A DNA stretch of 64,000 nucleotides. Origin: an uncultured Candidatus Rokubacteria bacterium. Its GTDB lineage: Bacteria > Methylomirabilota > Methylomirabilia > Rokubacteriales > CSP1-6. The translations under genes were made by a program, and so were the position numbers. The stretch covers positions 416,001-480,000 of the forward strand of contig CAVVEU010000008.1 of the NCBI GenBank assembly GCA_963747235.1, given 5' to 3'. The notes under the pieces were generated by a model. It ran no database searches. It had not been told where the DNA came from and was given only the letters and a program-made list of their open reading frames with translations. Shown here in pieces: positions 56,939 to 64,000 of this stretch. The stretch's first letter is position 1. Each line of letters opens with the position of its first letter.

Positions 56939-57985
56939 GTGAGGCTCCCGGTGACGGACGGCGTCGTGAAGACGGACCGGCACACCACGTTCTATCTCGA
57001 TGCCGGCGCCCCCGACGCGCCCCTCATCGTGTTCGTGCACGGCTGGCCCGAGCTCTCGCTCTCCTGGCGGCATCAGCTCCCGTGCTTCGCCGACCTCGGC
57101 TTCCGCGCGATCGCGCCGGACATGCGCGGCTACGGCCGCTCCGGCGTGTATCGACGCCACGAGGACTACGCGCTCGAGCACGCGGTGCGCGACATGCTCG
57201 AGCTGCTCGACGCGCTCGGGCGGGAGAAGGCGGTCTGGGTCGGCCACGACTGGGGCAGCCCGGTGGTCTGGAGCCTGGCGAGCCACCACCCGGAGCGCTG
57301 CTGGGGCGTGGCCAACCTCTGCGTGCCGTATCTCGCGGCCGGGTTCTCCCCGCGCAACCTGATCCCGCTCGTGAATCGCGCGGTCTATCCGGAGGCGCAG
57401 TACCCGGCGGGGCAATGGGACTACATGCTCTTTTACGAGGAGAGCTTCGCGAAGGCCTGTGCCGGCTTCGACGCCGATCCGCGCAACATGGTCAAGGCCT
57501 TGTTCCGGAAGGGGAGCCCGGGCGGCAAGGGCAAGCCGTCCCGCACCGCGCAGACCCGAAAGGACGGCGGCTGGTTCGGCGGCACCGGCCGGGCGCCCGA
57601 CGTGCCGATGGACGCCGACGTGGTGACCGCGGAGGAGCTCGACACGTACGCGGCCGGCCTCGCGCGCAACGGCTTCTTCGGCCCGGACTCCTGGTACATG
57701 AACGCGGAGCGCAACCTGGCTTACGCGACGCGGGCAAAGGACGGCGGCAGGATCAGCCTGCCCGTCCTGTTCCTGCACGGCGAGTACGACTACACGTGCG
57801 AGACCGTCGATTCCCGGCTGGCCGAGCCCATGCGGCGCGACTGCCGGAACCTCACCGAGGTGGTGGTGCCGTCGGGGCACTGGATGGCGCAGGAGAAGCC
57901 GCACGCCGTGAACGCGGCGCTGGCGGGATGGCTGGCCACCGCACTGCCGCAGGTGTGGCCGATCCGGCCCCGCCCGCGAGCCTGA
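56939..57985 (+). CDS. Epoxide hydrolase-type alpha/beta hydrolase
   Basis: HGWPE, PDMRGYGRS, GHDWGS, WY, GHWMAQEKP. Confidence 0.9.
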   Translation: MRLPVTDGVVKTDRHTTFYLDAGAPDAPLIVFVHGWPELSLSWRHQLPCFADLGFRAIAPDMRGYGRSGVYRRHEDYALEHAVRDMLELLDALGREKAVWVGHDWGSPVVWSLASHHPERCWGVANLCVPYLAAGFSPRNLIPLVNRAVYPEAQYPAGQWDYMLFYEESFAKACAGFDADPRNMVKALFRKGSPGGKGKPSRTAQTRKDGGWFGGTGRAPDVPMDADVVTAEELDTYAAGLARNGFFGPDSWYMNAERNLAYATRAKDGGRISLPVLFLHGEYDYTCETVDSRLAEPMRRDCRNLTEVVVPSGHWMAQEKPHAVNAALAGWLATALPQVWPIRPRPRA

Positions 57986-57992
57986 GCCCTCC

Positions 57993-58967
57993 ATGTTACG
58001 CACGCGCATCTGCGAGCTGCTCGGTATCGAGCACCCGATCGTCCTGGGCGGGATGGGAAGCGCCACGTCGCCCGAGCTGGTGGCCGCGGTCTGTTCCGCC
58101 GGTGCCTTCGGGGTGCTGGGCGCGACGCGGCAGAGCCCCGAGGAGGTGGCACGCGACGCCGCGGCGATTCGCGCGGCGACCGGCAAGGGCTTCGGGCTCA
58201 ACCTTCTCCTGTTCCTGGAGCGCCCCGGCCAGTACGACGGCCTCCTGGCCGCGCGGCCCCGGGTCATCTCCACCGCGTGGCCGACGCTCCAGCAGGATTT
58301 GAGCGGCTACGTCGCGCGGGCCCACGCGATCGGCGCCCTGTTCATGCACATGGTCTCGACGGTGGCCGACGCGAAGGCCGCGGCCCGCGCGGGCGTGGAC
58401 GTCATCGTGGCGCAGGGGACCGAGGGCGGCGGCCACGTCGGGGTCATGGGCACGATGCCGCTCGTGCCCATGGTGGTGAGCGCGGTGGCGCCGACGCCGG
58501 TGCTGGCCGCGGGCGGGGTCGCGGACGGGCGCGGCCTGGCCGCCGCGCTGGCCCTGGGCGCCGACGGCGTGCTGCTGGGCACGCGCTTCCTCGCGTCCGA
58601 CGAGGCGCCGATCGCCAAGGGCTTCAAGCAGGCGATCGTGGAGAGCGACGGGCACGACACGCTGGTGACCGAGATCCCGGACGTGGCCAACGGGCAGGTC
58701 TGGCCCGGGGCCTACGTGCGGGTGCGGCGGAATCGGTTCATCGAGGAGTGGGTCGGGCGGGAGAACGAGCTGCGCCTGCGGCGCGTCGAGGTGAGCGCCC
58801 AGCTCCGCGAGGCCGCCAAGGCGGGCGATCCGGACCGGGGCGCGATCATGATCGGCCAGACCGCCGGCCTCATCGACCGGGTCGAGCCGGCCGCCGACCT
58901 GGTCCGGCAGATCAGCCGCGACGCCGAGGCCATCCTGCGCGAGCGCCTGCCGCGCCTGCTCGCCTGA
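57993..58967 (+). CDS. Nitronate monooxygenase/FabK-like flavoprotein
   Basis: IEHPIVLGGM, AQGTEGGGH, AAGGVADGRG, GTRF, GQTAGLI. Confidence 0.92.
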   Translation: MLRTRICELLGIEHPIVLGGMGSATSPELVAAVCSAGAFGVLGATRQSPEEVARDAAAIRAATGKGFGLNLLLFLERPGQYDGLLAARPRVISTAWPTLQQDLSGYVARAHAIGALFMHMVSTVADAKAAARAGVDVIVAQGTEGGGHVGVMGTMPLVPMVVSAVAPTPVLAAGGVADGRGLAAALALGADGVLLGTRFLASDEAPIAKGFKQAIVESDGHDTLVTEIPDVANGQVWPGAYVRVRRNRFIEEWVGRENELRLRRVEVSAQLREAAKAGDPDRGAIMIGQTAGLIDRVEPAADLVRQISRDAEAILRERLPRLLA

Positions 58968-58974
58968 GGGAGCC

Positions 58975-60632
58975 ATGACCGAGAAGAGACCGGCGACGGC
59001 GTCACGCGGCATGGTGGTCACCAATCACCCGCTCGGCTCGGCGGCGGGGGCCGAGATGCTCGCCGCGGGCGGCAACGCGGTGGACGCGGCCATCGGCGCG
59101 CTCTTCGCGCTCACGGTGGTGGAGCCGATGATGGTGGGCATCTTCGGCGCGGGCATGACGCACCTGCGGCTGGCCGACGGCCGGCACCTCGTCATCGACA
59201 ACTACACCACCGCGCCCGCCGCCTCGCGGCCCGACATGTTCAAGCCGGTCTCCGACACCTGGCCCGACTACCTGCGCGCGGAGGGCGACGTCAACCTGGT
59301 CGGCCTGCTCTCGGTGGGCGTGCCCGGCACGCTCAAGGCGTGGGCGGAGGCGGTGGCGCGCTTCGGCCGTCTCGACCTCGAGACCGTGATGCAGCCCGCG
59401 ATCCGTCACGCCGAGCGCGGCTTCCGCGCCACGCCGTACCTGGTGGCGGCGGTGACCGAGACCGCGCCGGAGATCGCGCGCTTCCCCGACACCGCGCGCA
59501 CCTTCCTGCCCGGCGGCGCGCCCATCAAGGCGGGCGATCTGATCCAGATGCCGGAGTACGCGGCGACCCTGCGCCTGATCGCGGCGAAGGGGCCCGGCGT
59601 GCTCTACGGCGGCGATCTCGGCGCGACGGTGGCCGACTACATGCGCCGGGACGGCGGCATCATCACCCTGGACGACCTGGCGCGCTACGCCACGATCGAG
59701 CGGCAGCCCATCCGCGGTCGCTACCGCGGCTTCGAGATCACGGGCCCTCCGCCGCCGACCGCGGGCGGGCTCCACCTGGTCGAGATGCTCAACATCCTGG
59801 AGGGCTTCGACCCGCGCGGCCTGGGCTTCGGCACCGCGGACTACTTCCACCTGATGGCCGAGGTGCTCAAGATCGGCTTCGCGGACCGCAACGCGTGCAC
59901 CGGCGATCCGGCCTTCGTGGACATCCCGGTCGAGCGCCTGCTCTCGAAGGAGCACGCGGCCATGCGGCGCGCCCAGATCCGCCCGGATCGGGCGGGGGAG
60001 TACGGCGTGACGGCACGCGTGGCGGCCGGCTCCGCGCACACCACGCACGTCACGACCGCGGACGCCGACGGCAACGTGGTCGCGATGACCCAGACCATCA
60101 ACAACCTGTTCGGGTCGAAGGCCACGGTGCCCGGCACCGGCATGCTGCTCAACAACACCATGGCGCTCTTCGACCCGCACCCCGGGACGCCCGCCTCCAT
60201 CGCGCCCGGCAAGCGGGTGACCAGCAGCATGGCGCCGACGATCGTGCTGCGCGACGGCAAGCCCGCGTGGGCGCTCGGGCTGCCGGGCGGCGTGCGCATC
60301 TTCACCTCCGTGTTCCAGGCGGTGGTCAACCTGATCGACCACCGCATGAGCGCTTCAAGAAGCGGTGGAGGCGCCGCGGATCTGGAGCCAGGGCCAGGAG
60401 CTCGAGATGGAGCAGGATATCCCGGCCGCGGTGCGCGACGCGGTCGCCGCGCGCGGCCACGAGGTGGTGGCCGTCGGCGGGCGTGGCGGGCGGGATGAAC
60501 GCGGTGGCCTTCGCCGCCGACGGCACGCTCGAGGGCGCGGCCTGCTGGCGCGCCGACGGCACGCCCATCGGCGTGAGCGGCGGGCTCGCGCGGCCGGGGA
60601 GCCGCTTCCGGCCGGACGTGAAGCGGCCCTAG
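58975..60632 (+). CDS. ggt: Gamma-glutamyltransferase (frameshifts near 60355 and 60480)
   Basis: GGNAVDAA, VGVPG, YRG, TTHVTTAD (catalytic Thr), LLNN, PGKRVTSSMAP, GLPGG. Confidence 0.9.
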
Positions 60633-61388
60633 CGCTTCGCGCCCGCCGCGGCGCGGTCCATCAGGTCCTTCGCGCCGGCCTGGATCCACGGGAAGAAGCT
60701 GGTCATGATGCAGCGCACGCCCTTGCGCGTGTAGCTCTCCACGTTCGCCGAGCTGACCAGGGTGCCCGCGGTGCGCCCCGCCTGCACGATCTTGGCGATC
60801 GCCCCGTCCACCGTCTTCTGGACCTCCGGCTGCGTCATGTTGCCGATGTGGCCCATGGAGGTGGCGAGGTCGTTCGGGGCCACGAAGAAGACGTCGATGT
60901 GGTCCACGGTCAGGATCGCGTCGAGGTTGTTCACCGCCACGATGTCCTCGATCAGGACGATGAGCAGGCTCTGGTCGTTGGCGGTCTTGAGGTAGTCGCC
61001 CACGCCGAAGCCCTGGCGGCTCGTGAACATGCCGCGCTTGCCGAGCGGGGCGAACTTGGCGCCCTCCACCACCGCCTGGGCCTCCGCGCGGGTGTTGACG
61101 TGCGGCACGACGATTCCCTGCGCCCCGCGGTCGAGCGTCCGGTAGATCGTGGCGTAGTCGTTGTCCATCACGCGCACCACGCTGGTCACGTCCCAGAGGT
61201 CGCAGGCGCGGGTGAGGTTGCCCAGGTCGCGCGTAGTCCACGCCGCCGTGCTCGCCCTCGAGCCAGATGCCGTCGGCGCCCAGCGGCCCGAGCTGGTCGA
61301 TCAGGTCCGGATCGTTGGTGCCCGACAGGATGGTCGCCACCTGGCCCGCGGCCAGCCGCTGCTTCACCTTGTTCGCTCGGATGCTCAT
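60629..61388 (-). CDS. HpcH/HpaI aldolase family protein (frameshift near 61230)
   Basis: IWLEGEHG, VVRV, LDRGAQGIVVPHV, FAPLGKRG, LIED, FVAPNDL. Confidence 0.88.
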
Positions 61389-61410
61389 GGGATCGTCCTC
61401 TCGTGTCGGG

Positions 61411-62236
61411 TTAGGGGCGGGGCAGCGCGTCGCCGAGCATGCGGCCGAACACGACCATCTCGGGACTGGTCTTGCGATACGTGTCGAGCGCGGCCAGCAC
61501 CTCCGTGAACTCGGCGGCGGGCGGCATCGCGGGTGCGGCGGGCAGCGACGGCAGGGTGGCGAACACGCGCGGGATCTCGGCATCCACCGCGGCCAGGAGC
61601 CGCTGGCCGGCCGCGCGCGTGGCCGCGTCGTCCAGATGCGGCCGCAGCACCGTCGCCACGTGGGCGAGGAAGGCGGGCCACGACGGCGAGCATCCGGTAG
61701 AGCCCCGGGACGAAGACCTGGCCGGCCACGGTGGTGCCGAGCGTGGCCAGCACCGCGCGCTGGGCGGGCGGCAGCGCGGCGGGATCGGCGAGGGCGGGTA
61801 GCGGGCCGATCGGCGTCGGCGGCGTCCAGGCCGGCGCGCCGTTGCGGGCGCCGGTCGGGCGATCACCGGTCAGGATTCGCCGCAGCAGACCCGACAGCAC
61901 GAGGTTGACCGGGCTCACGCGGACGAAGCTCGCGCAGGTCGCGCGGATCGCCGCCTCGCCGGCCGCGTCCACGCCCCACACCGCGAGCGCGTCGCGCGAG
62001 AGCGGCGCGAGCCGGGGAACCGCGAGGCCGTCGGCGGCGCGCCAGGCCGCGGCCTGCGCGACGCCGCTCGTGAAGGCGGGGCCGAGCGCGGTCCACGTCC
62101 ATTCGAGCCAGCCCGGCCGCGTGGCCAGGTGGCGCTGGAGCGAGGAGACGTACGGCACGCCCCAGAGGCGCCGGATCTGCTCGTAGATGCCGGCGATCTC
62201 GCCGGTGGCATCGCTCTCCCGCAGCTCGGCCAGCAT
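61411..62236 (-). CDS. Hypothetical protein resembling the DehI (group I haloacid dehalogenase) fold; frameshift near 61685
   Basis: ESDATGEIAGIYEQIRRLWGVPYVSSLQRHLA..PGWLEWTW and an internal repeat FVPGLYRMLA.WPAFLAH. Confidence 0.55.
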
Positions 62237-62245
62237 CGCGCCGCC

Positions 62246-63893
62246 TCAGGGCTGCTGGGACGCCGGGAAGCTGAAGATGTTCGCGGGCTCGTGGTGCGGG
62301 CCGTGGTCCCGGCGGAGCCGCTCGACCATGCCGAGCGCGTACGGGCGCGCCTTCCAGGAGCTGGGCCAGCATCTGATCGTCGAGGCGCAGCCCCGCGCGC
62401 CGGGCCGCGGTCGCGCAGAGATCGCGGGTGGCCGGCGTCGGCCGGCTCGGTCACCGAGAGCACGGGCGGGGGCGTGACCGCGGGCGCCTCCGCGCCGGCC
62501 ACGAGCGTGGGGCGCCGGCGGTGCCACTCGGTGGCCTGCTCGTAGGCGTGGCCGACGCGCAGGATGGTCGGCTCGCCGAAGGGCCGGCCGAGGATCTGCA
62601 TGCCGAGCGGCAGGCCGTTCCGGCCGAAGCCGTTGGGCAGCGCGAGCACCGGCTGGCCGGTGACGTTCCACGCGGTGAGCCCGCTCGGCTTCTGCCAGAA
62701 CGACACGCTCCGGTAGTCGGCGAGGCGCGGCGCCTCGCCCATGCCGACGGTGACGAAGGCATCGAAGCGGTCGTAGAGCGGCTCCATCTCGACCATCATG
62801 CGGCGGTGCTCGCGCGTGGCCTGGACGTAGTCGTTCGCGGTGAAGAGCACGGCGGGGAGCGCGCGGGTGCGGAAGTCGGCGCCGAAGTCGGCCGGGCGCG
62901 CGATCAGGTCGCGCTGGTGCACGCTGAAGATCTCGGTCTCCGCGATGATGATCTTGACGTCGTAGTAGGCGCCGAGCGGGCGGACGCGGCACTCCTCGAG
63001 CTCCGCGCCCAGGCGGCGCAGCACGTCGAGCGAGGCCTCCATCGCCTTGCGCACGTCCTCCGAGGCCGGAATGTCCTGCTCCCAGTGATGCCGGAGCACG
63101 CCGATGCGCAGGCCGCGCAGATCCTGCCCGAGCGACCGCGTCGAAGCGCGGGGATCGGCCGCCGCAGGCTGCCCGCGTCCTTCGGGTCGTGGCCGGCCAG
63201 GGCCTGCAGGGTGAGCGCGCAGTCCTGGACGGTGCGGGCCAGGGGACCGCAGTGGTCGAACGTGTAGGAGTTGGTGATCACGCCGGCGCGGCTCACGAGG
63301 CCGAAGGTGGGCACGATGCCGACGATTCCGCAATGCGACGCGGGGCCGCGGATGGACCCGCCGGTGTCGGAGCCGAGCGCCATCGGCAGCAGGCCGGCCG
63401 CGACGGCGGCGCCCGAGCCGGTGGACGATCCGCCGGTGAAGTGGGCGAGGTTCCAGGGATTGCGCGCGGGCGGCCACGGCAGGTCGAACGACGGGCCCGC
63501 GTGGGCCATCTCGTGGGTGGCCAGCTTGCCGAGCAGGACCGCGCCGGCCTCGTAGAGCTTCGTGGTCGCGGTGGCGTCCTCGGTCGGGATCCGGTCGATG
63601 AACACGCGCGAGTGCGCGGAGGTGAGGATGCCCGCGGTGTCGTAGATGTCCTTGAGCCCGAACGGAATGCCGTGCAGCGGCCCGCGCGACCGGCCCGCCG
63701 CGATCTCGGCCTCGGCCTGCCGCGCCTGCCGCCGGGCCAGGTCGAACGTGGGCGTGATGAAGGCGTGCGTCTGGGCGTCGTACTGCTCGACGCGCTGGAT
63801 CAGCGCCTCGGCCAGCTCCACCGGCGACAGCGTGCGGGCGGCGATCAGGCGGGAGAGCTCGGCGATCGAGAGGTCGTGGAGATCGGCGGTCAT
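62246..63893 (-). CDS. Amidase signature family (GatA/AtzE-like) with C-terminal extension; frameshifts
   Basis: GPLHGIPFGLKD, GGSSTGS, GSDTGGSIRGPA, GLPLGMQ. Confidence 0.9.
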
Positions 63894-63904
63894 GGCGTGG
63901 GACC

Positions 63905-64000
63905 TCAGAGCGTCAGCTTGGTCTTGCCGTCGGTGTCCACCAGCATCGAGTCCGGGATGTAGCCGACGCTGATCGTCCGCATGAAGGCGAGCTGGGAGGC
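63905..64000 (-). CDS. 3' end of an unidentified gene cut by the window edge
   Basis: Open frame ASQLAFMRTISVGYIPDSMLVDTDGKTKLTL* ending just upstream of the amidase start. Confidence 0.5.
   Translation of the reverse strand, partial: ASQLAFMRTISVGYIPDSMLVDTDGKTKLTL

Overview
A 64-kb window of a very GC-rich, densely coding bacterial chromosome. The gene repertoire (many family-5 and Fe/thiamine-type ABC binding proteins, F420-type LLM oxidoreductase, hydantoinase pair, CaiB transferases) resembles Candidatus Rokubacteria/Methylomirabilota, but this is inference only. Many genes are broken by single-base frameshifts clustered in certain stretches, most likely long-read consensus errors, so the supplied ORF track fragments or fuses several genes. 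Contents in order: amidohydrolase; a DUF4440-like pseudogene; Crp/Fnr regulator, groEL/groES and a hybrid histidine kinase; chloroperoxidase-like hydrolase; CoA-transferase/CitE; Na+/H+ antiporter; cNMP-TrxB-like and GMC oxidoreductases; a persulfide dioxygenase-rhodanese fusion with an ArsR regulator; CopA; a PilZ gene with a sigma54-type promoter; an arsR-arsI-arsM-aqpS-arsN1-arsC-MFS operon; a LacI-controlled Rieske oxygenase/extradiol dioxygenase/ABC cluster; and a long catabolic run from hydantoinase A/B to GGT. The strongest hidden signal is two genes split by an in-frame TGA that sits at the first Cys of a CxxC motif and is followed by a SECIS-like hairpin, i.e. probable selenoproteins missed by the ORF track. 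One is an exported DUF411-family protein (KSPT-U-GCC, TGA 9315-9317). The other is a stand-alone GrdB/PrdB-like protein (VPS-U-PVCH, TGA 55346-55348) downstream of a flavin reductase and a CCG-domain Fe-S protein. I recognised no rRNA, tRNA, CRISPR array, transposase or sel genes.
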